From an uncultured Pirellulales bacterium (GTDB lineage: Bacteria > Planctomycetota > Phycisphaerae > Sedimentisphaerales > Anaerobacaceae), in the NCBI GenBank assembly GCA_964653075.1, contig CAZZAX010000044.1, forward strand, positions 6,877 to 38,876: DNA of 32,000 nt, in the 5' to 3' direction. The notes under the pieces were generated by a model. It had not been told where the DNA came from, did not search any database, and saw only the letters and a list, made by a program, of their open reading frames with translations. Shown here one piece after another: positions 16,064 to 24,154 of the stretch. Position 1 is the first letter of the stretch. Every line of letters begins with the position of its first letter. The position numbers were made by a program, and so were the translations under genes.

Positions 16064-17302
16064 GTGGCTGTACAATTTAGCGAAATTCCCGAAGTTTTAG
16101 AAGAGCTTCGCCGCGGCGGGATGATTGTTCTCGTTGACGCCGAAGACCGTGAGAACGAAGGCGACCTTCTTTGCGCCGCCGAGAAGGTAACACCCCAGAT
16201 TATTAATTTTATGGCCACGTTCGGTCGGGGTCTTATTTGTCTGCCGCTTACCGCCGAGAAATGTGATTTGCTTGGCTTGTATCCACAGACCGTTGATAAT
16301 ACGGCACGGTTCGGAACGGCTTTTACTATTAGTATTGACGCCGCCAAAGGAATAGGCACTGGTATCAGCGCCGCGGACAGGGCGCAGACAATTCTGGCGA
16401 CGATTGCAGATGATGCCAGACCGAGTGACTTTGTTCGTCCAGGTCATGTATTTCCTCTTCGGGCACGTGAAGGCGGCGTACTGGTTCGTGCGGGCCAGAC
16501 CGAAGGTGCTATTGATTTGATGCGACTGGCTTCTTTAAAATCTGCCGGAGTCATCTGTGAGATTATGAATGAAGACGGCTCGATGGCACGAGTGCCCGAG
16601 CTGTTGAAATTCTGTGAAAAGCACAACCTTAAAATTGCTTCGATTTCCAAGCTCATAGAATATCGTCTCCAGCGCGAAAGCCAAGTCAAGCGTCTTGAGT
16701 GTGTCAATTTACCTACAGACTATGGAGAATTTACGCTTATAGGCTATGAGAGCATCACTTCGGCTGAGCCCCATCTGGCACTATGCAAAGGCGCTGTTGG
16801 CCGGCTTGACGACAGCGGCAAACCCTTCGAGCACAATGAGCCGGTGTTAGTCAGGGTACATTCGGAATGTATGACCGGTGATTTGTTTCATTCACAGAGG
16901 TGCGAATGCGGCTATCAGTTGATAACCGCAATGAAAATGATTGAAGAAGCCGGTATAGGTGCTTTGATATATCTTCGCCAGGAGGGAAGAGGCATCGGCC
17001 TGTCAAACAAACTCCGCGCCTATAAACTTCAGGAGCAGGGATTTGATACTGTTGATGCCAATTTGGAGCTGGGTTTTATGGCCGACAAACGCGATTATGG
17101 AATCGGGGCTCAAATCTGTCGTGATTTGGGGCTCAGAAAAATACGCATCCTGACAAACAATCCGAAAAAGATTAGTCGTCTTGAGGTTTATGGTATTAAG
17201 ATTGTTGAGCAGATACCGTTAAAGGCTGAGCCGAGTAAGCACAATATCAATTATTTGAAAACGAAAAAAAGCCGCCTTGGTCATATGCTTGACGAGGATT
17301 AA
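16064..17302 (+). CDS. ribBA: Bifunctional 3,4-dihydroxy-2-butanone-4-phosphate synthase / GTP cyclohydrolase II
   Basis: 412 aa with a GTG start. RibB half: VDAEDRENEGDL, GHVFPL. RibA half: VRVHSECMTGDLFHSQRCECG, IYLRQEGRGIGL. Confidence 0.95.
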   Translation: MAVQFSEIPEVLEELRRGGMIVLVDAEDRENEGDLLCAAEKVTPQIINFMATFGRGLICLPLTAEKCDLLGLYPQTVDNTARFGTAFTISIDAAKGIGTGISAADRAQTILATIADDARPSDFVRPGHVFPLRAREGGVLVRAGQTEGAIDLMRLASLKSAGVICEIMNEDGSMARVPELLKFCEKHNLKIASISKLIEYRLQRESQVKRLECVNLPTDYGEFTLIGYESITSAEPHLALCKGAVGRLDDSGKPFEHNEPVLVRVHSECMTGDLFHSQRCECGYQLITAMKMIEEAGIGALIYLRQEGRGIGLSNKLRAYKLQEQGFDTVDANLELGFMADKRDYGIGAQICRDLGLRKIRILTNNPKKISRLEVYGIKIVEQIPLKAEPSKHNINYLKTKKSRLGHMLDED

Positions 17303-17308
17303 TAATTT

Positions 17309-17836
17309 ATGAAGGCTGCTGCCGTCGTAGTATTAAAGATATTGTTATTTATATTTCTTGTCGCCGATGCCGGCTGCGGGCAGTTGCCGGGACTTTCCGA
17401 GCGCCGCTCGAAGAATGGTAATGAGCCTGATAAAATTTCCGCTTATTCTCGCTTTGCCCCTGACAGAATCAATATTATGCCGTTGACCGAATTTATCAAC
17501 ACCGACAATATCCGGCAGATCAGCATAAAGCCATATGTCAGCTTGCTTGATTCTTTTGGTTCTCAGATAAAATCACCGGGCGTATTTCGCTTTGAATTAT
17601 ACCAAAGAGCTGTTCGCTCGGCTGAGCCAAAAGGAAAGAGGGTCGTTATTTGGCAGGATATCGACTTAACTGAACCACCCTTAAATCATGAATACTGGCG
17701 GGATTTTTTAAGGGCTTACGAGTTCGATTTGCCCTTTGAGCTGGATGTGAACCAAAGCTATATATTGCAGGTAACGTGCCAGTGCCCGAACGGAAGACGC
17801 CTTTCTGATGAATTCGCTCTTAAATTAACACAATGA
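17309..17836 (+). CDS. Exported hypothetical protein (possible lipoprotein)
   Basis: 175 aa, starting 6 nt after the ribBA stop. It has a hydrophobic leader, MKAAAVVVLKILLFIFLVADAGCG, with a Cys after a non-canonical lipobox. I recognise no family. Confidence 0.6.
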   Translation: MKAAAVVVLKILLFIFLVADAGCGQLPGLSERRSKNGNEPDKISAYSRFAPDRINIMPLTEFINTDNIRQISIKPYVSLLDSFGSQIKSPGVFRFELYQRAVRSAEPKGKRVVIWQDIDLTEPPLNHEYWRDFLRAYEFDLPFELDVNQSYILQVTCQCPNGRRLSDEFALKLTQ

Positions 17837-17970
17837 TTTCACTCCGCTGCGGTTCGGTCTTCGCCCAGAAAAGCCATATAACCGATTACGCGGGAGATAT
17901 TGTCGGAAATTGCAGTTTTTTTTGCTGTTGGGCAAGCGCTTGGGCTGTAGTGGTTTTGTATAAGTTTTTC

Positions 17971-18000
17971 TTGACGAACAGGCCGTAGATTTAGTATAAA
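17971..18000 (+). promoter_or_regulatory. Sigma-70-like promoter candidate (TTGACG-N18-TATAAA)
   Basis: TTGACG at 17971-17976 and TATAAA at 17995-18000. It lies about 265 nt upstream of the next start codon (18266), inside a 429-nt gap. Confidence 0.35.
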
Positions 18001-18265
18001 TAGAATTAACGAAGCTTATACCAGTGTAAGGCCTGCCCTGTTCGATTCATATGGGCGGATGTACCTGGCTTTGATTTTTTGATTTGCAGGTTTTATTTGA
18101 CAGGAGGAATCAGGCTTCTTGCATTTCAGTCAATAGTTAATATTTGTCTTTTGAAGGAAGGAGGTAGTGACAAATCATATAATATCCTCTGAAACAAACA
18201 TCAATAATAGATGTGAAGATTATTACCCATTCGTTTTTCTTTTAACTTTTTAAAGGAGAGCTATT

Positions 18266-19879
18266 ATGTCTAAATTAACAAATTCAGCAGTAATTTGTGT
18301 AGTAGTAGGTTTGGTAGTAAACGTTACTTTAAAGGCCAACTGGTCGGAAAGCTTCGACGGCGACGAGCTCGACTTGCCAACCTGGGTTTTCACATGTATT
18401 CCGGATGTGACCAAAACATTTACCCATACTATTGAAACAGATCCGAACGGCAACAAATATCTCAGCTTCGATGAAACTACCTCTGCCGGCGCTACCGGCT
18501 CGCAATTCGGCGCCGGATACGGCAGCGACGAAGTCTTTACCGATGTCCGTGTCGGGGCTGTTGTAAATGTTACCGGTGATGCAACCAAAAACTACCATGG
18601 CTTAATGGCAAGAGCGACCTATATTGTTGATCCGGATGGGTCGCTAACCGGCTTTGCCCCCGGTTTGTTTGCGACCCAGGTCTATGTCATGCACATAGAC
18701 TGGGAGGATGGCCCCGCCAATCTGGACATTGATATCGAGAAGGTCGTCAATATGTCAAATATCATGGATGATCCTGAAGAGCATGGTTTGGAAGTTGCTG
18801 CGCCGGGTCTCAACCACGCCCGGAGCTACTATGCTGAGCTGGATGTTGTCGGTTCAGGCCCGGTATATGTTACTGGTAGTCTCTATGAGTACAAGGGCGG
18901 GCCGCTTGTTGTAAAAACTGAAACAATGGTGGACACTAATGGTAACGATCCTTGGGAAGATCCTGATGTGCAAGATGAGCCCTTTGTGAGCGGCCAAAGC
19001 GGAATCTTCGCGCAGAATGAGAATGATGAGCCGGCAGGTTACTATTGTACATTTGATGATGTCTTTTCTGTTTCAGATGGTCCGGCGGCAGTCAATCCCA
19101 GCCCCGCTGATGGTGCAGCGGCTGTGTCTATTGATGCCGACCTTAGCTGGCTTGAGGCGGAATTTGCGACTTCGCGTGATTTGTGGTTCGGTAAAAAGGG
19201 AGCTATGGAAAAGATTGAGCAGTCACCGGAAGGTGCCGCCTTTGACCCCGGGACACTTGAATTCGGCCAAACTTACCAATGGCGGGTCGATCAAATCGGC
19301 CCATCAGGTACTGTCACAGGCCACACCTGGACATTTACGGCTGCTAATTGCATGAGCGCCGAGGACTTTGATGCTTATACGGACGATGCCGGTCTTATAG
19401 CTGCATGGGTTGACAACATTCCCGATTGGTATTACGTCTTTCTTGGGACGGATGCCGTGGGCAACAACTCTATCCGGTTTGAATTGCAAAATCAGTTTGA
19501 ACCTTATTTTACTGAGGCCGCACGAACGTTTGAAAGTCCTCAGGACTGGACGGCCCATGGTGTAGAGGCCTTGTCGTTGTCTTTTGTCGGTGAGCACGAA
19601 AATAGTGAGCACCTGATGTATTTAATACTGGAAGATGCCGCCGGCCAAAGCTTTAGGGTTGAGCATCCGTTTACCTTTGCTGTCCAGTCTGATACCTGGT
19701 GCCAGTGGACTTTTGCTCTTGGTCAGTTCAGTGATGCCGGCGTTGACTTGAGTTCTGTCAAAAAGTGCACTATCGGCTTCGGAGACGGAACAAGTTCAGG
19801 ACAGGCCGGCGACGACAGGGACATTGTATTTATTGATGACATTAAACTGTATCCGGCCGGTTCCTATGAGATTCAATAG
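18266..19879 (+). CDS. Secreted modular protein: N-terminal jelly-roll-like region, one YxWRVD beta-sandwich module, C-terminal jelly-roll/CBM-like domain
   Basis: 537 aa with an AAAGGAGAG Shine-Dalgarno and signal peptide MSKLTNSAVICVVVGLVVNVTLKA. The module NPSPADGAAAVSIDADLSW...GQTYQWRVDQ...WTFT (19094-19339) is paralogous to the three modules in the next gene. The C-terminal domain ends IVFIDDIKLYP, compared with MYFDDIRLYAP in the next gene. Confidence 0.8.
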   Translation: MSKLTNSAVICVVVGLVVNVTLKANWSESFDGDELDLPTWVFTCIPDVTKTFTHTIETDPNGNKYLSFDETTSAGATGSQFGAGYGSDEVFTDVRVGAVVNVTGDATKNYHGLMARATYIVDPDGSLTGFAPGLFATQVYVMHIDWEDGPANLDIDIEKVVNMSNIMDDPEEHGLEVAAPGLNHARSYYAELDVVGSGPVYVTGSLYEYKGGPLVVKTETMVDTNGNDPWEDPDVQDEPFVSGQSGIFAQNENDEPAGYYCTFDDVFSVSDGPAAVNPSPADGAAAVSIDADLSWLEAEFATSRDLWFGKKGAMEKIEQSPEGAAFDPGTLEFGQTYQWRVDQIGPSGTVTGHTWTFTAANCMSAEDFDAYTDDAGLIAAWVDNIPDWYYVFLGTDAVGNNSIRFELQNQFEPYFTEAARTFESPQDWTAHGVEALSLSFVGEHENSEHLMYLILEDAAGQSFRVEHPFTFAVQSDTWCQWTFALGQFSDAGVDLSSVKKCTIGFGDGTSSGQAGDDRDIVFIDDIKLYPAGSYEIQ

Positions 19880-19968
19880 GTAGATTGACCGGGTAATATA
19901 AACGGTGATTGCAAGGTTGATATCGAAGACTTCTTATAATGATTGGCAACTGGCTTAATAACGGATTA
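19880..19968 (+). pseudogene. Decayed dockerin-like (EF-hand-type) C-terminal tail of the preceding gene
   Basis: Reading on in the frame of the preceding gene gives ...YEIQ(TAG)VD(TGA)PGNINGDCKVDIEDFL(TAA). The text then continues one frame over as IMIGNWLNNGL. Joined up, this reads as a D-x-N-G-D-x-x-V-D-x-x-D-F...W-L calcium-binding dockerin-type repeat, broken by two stop codons plus the stop/frameshift at 19937-19939. Confidence 0.5.
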
Positions 19969-20034
19969 TCTGAGGACCGAAATGAGCTTAAAGTTTTTAA
20001 CCGTTGTTGTTACTTTTTAGAGGAAAGGAATGTT

Positions 20035-22242
20035 ATGTGTAAGAAATTGATTTGTCTGGTTTCTCTTGTTTTGCTGGTCGGCGTGTATGTTGATTGTGCG
20101 AATGCGGACATCAAATCAGATCTCGTTTCGCACTGGAAAATGGATGACGGAAGCGGAACCACAGCCAGGGACAGTGCCGGTGTCAACAATGGGACACTAA
20201 TGGGTGATGCAAAGTGGGCGGAAGGTTGGGTAATTGGTGCCGTCGAGCTTGACGGCGATGATGATTACGTGGATTGCGGTCAGGGGACAGCATTCAATTC
20301 CGTCTGCCGGGACGTGATCACTCTCGCCGCATGGGTAAAGGTCAACAATCCCGACGGACCTGAATGGAGTGGCATCGTCATAAGGGGATATGGTGATCAA
20401 TTTGGTAATGTTGACCCTTATGATACATTTGCCATGTATTATCACGGCCCCTCAGAGACGATGGGTTTCAAGACTAATAGCACTTCGCCTGAATGGATGG
20501 CGGCACCGAATAATTCGGCCACGGCTCTGTTCGACGGCGAATGGCATCATACCGCTTCGGTGTACGACGGCGCCGAGAAAGTGCTCTATCTTGATAGTGA
20601 AGAGATCGTCAGGGAGACAGCGACGGGCGAGATTGGCATCGGTGAGGGCGACGGCCGTGTTCTAATCGGCGGCGGAAGAGATATCGATCCGATGGTCCTT
20701 GAAGTCGGCGGCCTTATCGACGATGTCCGTATTTACGACCGGGCGCTGATACAGGAAGAGATTGTGGCCATTATGGAGAATATCGAAAATTTTCCGTATG
20801 CTTTGAGCCCCAATCCACCCATCGGAGCTCTCAATCCGGATACATGGGCGAATCTGAGCTGGCGGGCGGGAGATTTTGCAGTCTCACATGATGTATATTT
20901 TGGTGATAACTTCGATGCTGTGAACGAAGGGACTGAAGGTACATTTGTAGGCAACCAGGCCGATACATTTATCATTGTGGGCTTTCCCGGATTCCCCTTT
21001 CCGGACGGCCTTGTGCCGGGAACAACCTACTACTGGCGGATTGATGAGGTCAATGAAACCGAACCGAACAGTCCCTGGAAAGGCGAGGTCTGGAGCTTTA
21101 GTCTTCCTCCCAAGACCGCATACTTTCCCGATCCTGCCAATGGCGCCGAGTCTGTAGCTGTGGATGTGCAGCTTAGCTGGACGGGAGGTTACGGATCGAA
21201 GCTGCACACGGTTTATTTCGGTGATAATTTTGATGATGTCAACAATGCAGCCGGGGGGCTTCCTCTGGGAGTTACACACTATAATCCCGGCCCACTTCAA
21301 TTGAGTAAGACTTACTACTGGCGTGTCGATGAGTTTGATGTTGTCGAAACGCATAAAGGCGATGTCTGGAGCTTTACAACCAAGGGAGCAGTTGAGAGCC
21401 TGGAACCGGCTAATGGCGCTGTAGATGTGACTCAGACACCAAATCTTACCTGGGTGCCGGGAGTATTTGCCGCTTCACATCAGGTATATTTCGGCTCTGA
21501 AGCTGAAGCTGTAAAAAATGCTGATACAAGCTCACCTGAGTATAAAGGTAGCAAAGATATTGGTTCAGAGAGCTTTGAACCCGGACAGCTTGAATGGAAT
21601 ACAACCTACTACTGGCGTATTGACGAAGTCAATAGCGCTAACGCCGACAGCCCGTGGACAGGCCCGCTCTGGAACTTCACTACGGCCAACTTCCTCATTG
21701 TGGATGATTTTGAATCTTACAACGACCTTGACCCCGCCGATCCCCTGAGTAACAGGATATTTAATGCATGGATAGACGGATTTGACAATCCTGCTATCAA
21801 CGGTTCTGTCGTTGGTTATGATAATCCTCCCTTTGCCGAGCAGACTATCGTTCACAGTGGCAATCAATCGATGCCTTTTGTCTTCGACAACGCTGTTGGA
21901 AAATCCGAAGCGACATTGACATTGACCTCCAAGCGCGACTGGACAGTTAAAGGCGTCGATACACTAACAATCTGGTTAAGAGGCAGTTCAAATAATGCTG
22001 CCGAGCCGATGTATGTTGCTCTCAACGGTAGCGCAGTGATTACCAATGATAATCCTGATGCCGCACGGCAAGCAAGATGGACCCGATGGGATATTGACCT
22101 GGCGCGCTTTGCGGACCAGGATGTGAATCTTGCCAATGTCAGTTCGATTACTCTTGGTCTTGGTAACAGGAATAATCCTGTTGCCGGCGGTTCGGGCATG
22201 ATGTACTTCGATGATATTCGTCTGTATGCACCCGCACCATAA
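20035..22242 (+). CDS. Secreted LamG (Laminin_G_3 / concanavalin-like) protein with three YYWR[IV]DE beta-sandwich modules and a C-terminal jelly-roll/CBM-like domain
   Basis: The ORF 19939..22242 is trimmed to ATG 20035, which follows GAGGAAAGG and gives signal peptide MCKKLICLVSLVLLVGVYVDCANA. LamG_3 hallmarks: LVSHWKMDDGSGTTARDSAG.NNGTL, WHHTASVYDG, LIDDVRIYDRAL. Three repeated modules follow, then the domain FLIVDDFESYNDL...MYFDDIRLY. Confidence 0.85.
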   Translation: MCKKLICLVSLVLLVGVYVDCANADIKSDLVSHWKMDDGSGTTARDSAGVNNGTLMGDAKWAEGWVIGAVELDGDDDYVDCGQGTAFNSVCRDVITLAAWVKVNNPDGPEWSGIVIRGYGDQFGNVDPYDTFAMYYHGPSETMGFKTNSTSPEWMAAPNNSATALFDGEWHHTASVYDGAEKVLYLDSEEIVRETATGEIGIGEGDGRVLIGGGRDIDPMVLEVGGLIDDVRIYDRALIQEEIVAIMENIENFPYALSPNPPIGALNPDTWANLSWRAGDFAVSHDVYFGDNFDAVNEGTEGTFVGNQADTFIIVGFPGFPFPDGLVPGTTYYWRIDEVNETEPNSPWKGEVWSFSLPPKTAYFPDPANGAESVAVDVQLSWTGGYGSKLHTVYFGDNFDDVNNAAGGLPLGVTHYNPGPLQLSKTYYWRVDEFDVVETHKGDVWSFTTKGAVESLEPANGAVDVTQTPNLTWVPGVFAASHQVYFGSEAEAVKNADTSSPEYKGSKDIGSESFEPGQLEWNTTYYWRIDEVNSANADSPWTGPLWNFTTANFLIVDDFESYNDLDPADPLSNRIFNAWIDGFDNPAINGSVVGYDNPPFAEQTIVHSGNQSMPFVFDNAVGKSEATLTLTSKRDWTVKGVDTLTIWLRGSSNNAAEPMYVALNGSAVITNDNPDAARQARWTRWDIDLARFADQDVNLANVSSITLGLGNRNNPVAGGSGMMYFDDIRLYAPAP
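20809..21684 (+). repeat. Three tandem protein-level repeats (about 85-99 aa each) inside the LamG protein
   Basis: Modules at 20809-21105, 21127-21381 and 21400-21684. Each has P-x-[NG]-G-A...L-[ST]-W...H-x-V-Y-F-G...T-Y-Y-W-R-[IV]-D-E...W-[SN]-F-[ST]. At DNA level the tactactggcg motif recurs at about 21029, 21313 and 21607. Confidence 0.85.
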
Positions 22243-22290
22243 ATAGCAGGTTAAAATTAATTAACTTGTTAATATGGTGATTCGTATCAA

Positions 22291-22332
22291 ATCAGGGCCT
22301 ATGCCAGTTAGGTATAGGCCCTGATGTTTTCT
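22291..22332 (+). terminator. Rho-independent terminator after the LamG gene
   Basis: A perfect 12-bp stem, ATCAGGGCCTAT (22291-22302) with ATAGGCCCTGAT (22314-22325), and an 11-nt loop. GTTTTCT follows directly. Confidence 0.7.
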
Positions 22333-22466
22333 CGCATACCGAGCTTTATTTTTTGATGCATTTCACCTTTTACTCAATTTGTACTTCAAATTAAATTAGA
22401 TTGACCAACAAGTCCGAATTTGCGATTATATTCTATATTTTAGCCTCATTTTGTTGTATTTATATT

Positions 22467-22494
22467 GGAACTTTTTGGGGCAATATTGGTCTAA
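22467..22494 (+). promoter_or_regulatory. ECF (RpoE-type)-like promoter motif GGAACTT-N16-TCTAA
   Basis: GGAACTT at 22467-22473 and TCTAA at 22490-22494. The motif directly abuts the first ATG of the ECF sigma ORF, so either that start or the motif is not real. Confidence 0.3.
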
Positions 22495-23115
22495 ATGAGG
22501 GAAGTACCGGTGACGGAAGTGGCGAATATCAACATTGATGACGCTGTTTTGGTGAGGCAATGCTGGCAGGGCGATTCTGCGGCAATAGAGCGGCTTATTC
22601 TTAAGTATCAGAATCGCATCTATAACGTAATACTAAAAATATGTGCCGATCCCGATGATGCTGCGGAACTAACACAGGACACATTTGTCAAAATAATAGA
22701 GAACATAGAAAATTTCCAGGGCAGAAGCAGCTTTTATACGTGGGCGTTCAGAATAGCCGTTAATCTAACCTTAAATTACTGCCGGAGGAATGCCAGGATT
22801 GGCTTCAGTTCACTGGATGCAGAGCTGATTCGATCCAATAGCCAGCCCGGCACAGTATTGAAGGAGTTGTTAAGTAACGATAGCTCACTTGACCCGGCGG
22901 CGGTGGCCCAGAACAAAGAGTTGTGCCAGATTGTTCTTGAGTCTTTGAAGAAATTGGATGATGCGCAAAGGGCCGTCGTTGTGTTGCGGGACATTGAAGG
23001 TATGAATTATAACCAGATTGCAAATGTGTTGGATATTGAGTTAGGAACGGTAAGAAGCAGATTAAGTAGAGGCAGGAAAAAGCTTAGACAGATTTTGGAG
23101 GCCATTTTGCAATGA
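22495..23115 (+). CDS. ECF-family RNA polymerase sigma-70 factor
   Basis: 206 aa. Region 2: YQNRIYNVILKICADPDDAAELTQDTFVKI...YTWAFRIAVNLTLNY. Region 4: LDDAQRAVVVLRDIEGMNYNQIANVLDIELGTVRSRLSRGRKKL. The start could instead be GTG 22510. Confidence 0.9.
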   Translation: MREVPVTEVANINIDDAVLVRQCWQGDSAAIERLILKYQNRIYNVILKICADPDDAAELTQDTFVKIIENIENFQGRSSFYTWAFRIAVNLTLNYCRRNARIGFSSLDAELIRSNSQPGTVLKELLSNDSSLDPAAVAQNKELCQIVLESLKKLDDAQRAVVVLRDIEGMNYNQIANVLDIELGTVRSRLSRGRKKLRQILEAILQ

Positions 23116-24101
23116 AAGAAATTCCGAGTATGGACGAGTTGCTCAATAGCTTCATTGATGGAGAGCTGGCGCCCAGACAGCACACCGAAGTTCAACGGTT
23201 GTTGGCTCACGATGATAAAATTACACAACGGTTGCAGGAGCTTCAGCAATGTAAGATGTTTCTGAGTTCTCTGCCTGCTGCCGAGGCTCCGCCGCAGATA
23301 TTGGAAAATGTAAAAGCATCTCTGGCAAGAAGGACCCTCTTAGGCGAAGAGCCCTCGGCTTATGATGAGCAGATTGGGGCAAGGCATTTACTCGGTCGCA
23401 AGGTCTTCGCTTCTGCTGCTATGTTTGGTCTGGTTGCTATTTTGGCAGCGGTTGTTTATTCTATTGTAGCTCCCACTATTCCACAGGCGCCGATTGCTGC
23501 CGAACGTCCAAATATTCCTCCGAGAATTGATTTAGCAGAGCCGGCACCGGCAGCAATAGTTGCAGCACTGTTTAGCGGCCGGCTTGAATTGCGCACAAGT
23601 ACACTGCCTGCTGTTGTAGGATTTATTAACAGAGCGATTGAAGAAAATATCCCTTCAGATGAGTGGATTGCATCAGACAGAAGCGATGTCAGAGAACCAC
23701 ACACGCTTATTTGCAGCAGCGAAAGCTTTAATTTACTATTAGCCCGGTTGGATGATATTTGGGACAAGCTGGATTCGGCCACGCTGTTTGTTGACACTGA
23801 AGTTTTTGGCCGGAAGGTCGTTGTTGAAGCGGTTACTGCTGAGCAGATTGCCGGTATAGTCAATCAGGATGATTCTACAAAACGTATCGAAGTAGCGAGG
23901 GATTTTGCCGTACTGAACAATGTAGCAGAAAATTTGCCCGGCAAAAGAATTCTGGCTGCAATAGATAATACTACAGTGGATTTGATAATCCCGCCCAAGC
24001 CCGTCATAACCTCGAATGATAAAGCGACAAGAAAATTACCCTCCAGAACCGGGGCCGTCAAGAACATACACCTTACAATTACGGTTACGGAAAGTGAATA
24101 A
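23112..24101 (+). CDS. Single-pass anti-sigma factor (cognate to the upstream ECF sigma)
   Basis: 329 aa with an ATGA overlap onto the sigma gene. The N-terminal anti-sigma-domain pattern is LLNSFIDGELAPRQHTEVQRLL, without the H-x3-C-x2-C zinc ligands. One TM helix (FASAAMFGLVAILAAVVYSIV) is followed by a 200-aa ectodomain I do not recognise. Confidence 0.75.
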   Translation: MKEIPSMDELLNSFIDGELAPRQHTEVQRLLAHDDKITQRLQELQQCKMFLSSLPAAEAPPQILENVKASLARRTLLGEEPSAYDEQIGARHLLGRKVFASAAMFGLVAILAAVVYSIVAPTIPQAPIAAERPNIPPRIDLAEPAPAAIVAALFSGRLELRTSTLPAVVGFINRAIEENIPSDEWIASDRSDVREPHTLICSSESFNLLLARLDDIWDKLDSATLFVDTEVFGRKVVVEAVTAEQIAGIVNQDDSTKRIEVARDFAVLNNVAENLPGKRILAAIDNTTVDLIIPPKPVITSNDKATRKLPSRTGAVKNIHLTITVTESE

Positions 24102-24154
24102 GGCACTTCAGCTTTTAAGGACCTCATTGAACCTAAACTCCAGAGAATAAAGGA

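Noticed and set aside
16045-16707. Three minus-strand ORFs (104, 116 and 87 aa) antisense to ribBA.
   Set aside because: They are Arg/Ser/Pro-rich shadows of a strongly supported plus-strand gene.
18030-18062. A GTTCGATTC word resembling a tRNA T-loop.
   Set aside because: No complementary T-stem, acceptor stem or anticodon arm can be drawn around it, so it is not a tRNA.
19939-20034. The 32-codon N-terminal extension of the LamG ORF as given in the ORF track (MIGNWLNNGLSEDRNELKVFNRCCYFLEERNV).
   Set aside because: It places residues in front of a textbook signal peptide. The internal ATG 20035 has a GAGGAAAGG Shine-Dalgarno. The extension is better explained as the out-of-frame remnant of the previous gene's dockerin-like tail.
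20884-21354. A 156-aa minus-strand ORF, plus other antisense ORFs inside the LamG gene, the anti-sigma gene (23456..23863) and the beta-helix gene (26657..27193, plus strand).
   Set aside because: Each lies opposite a gene with clear domain content. None has a plausible Shine-Dalgarno or recognisable motifs.
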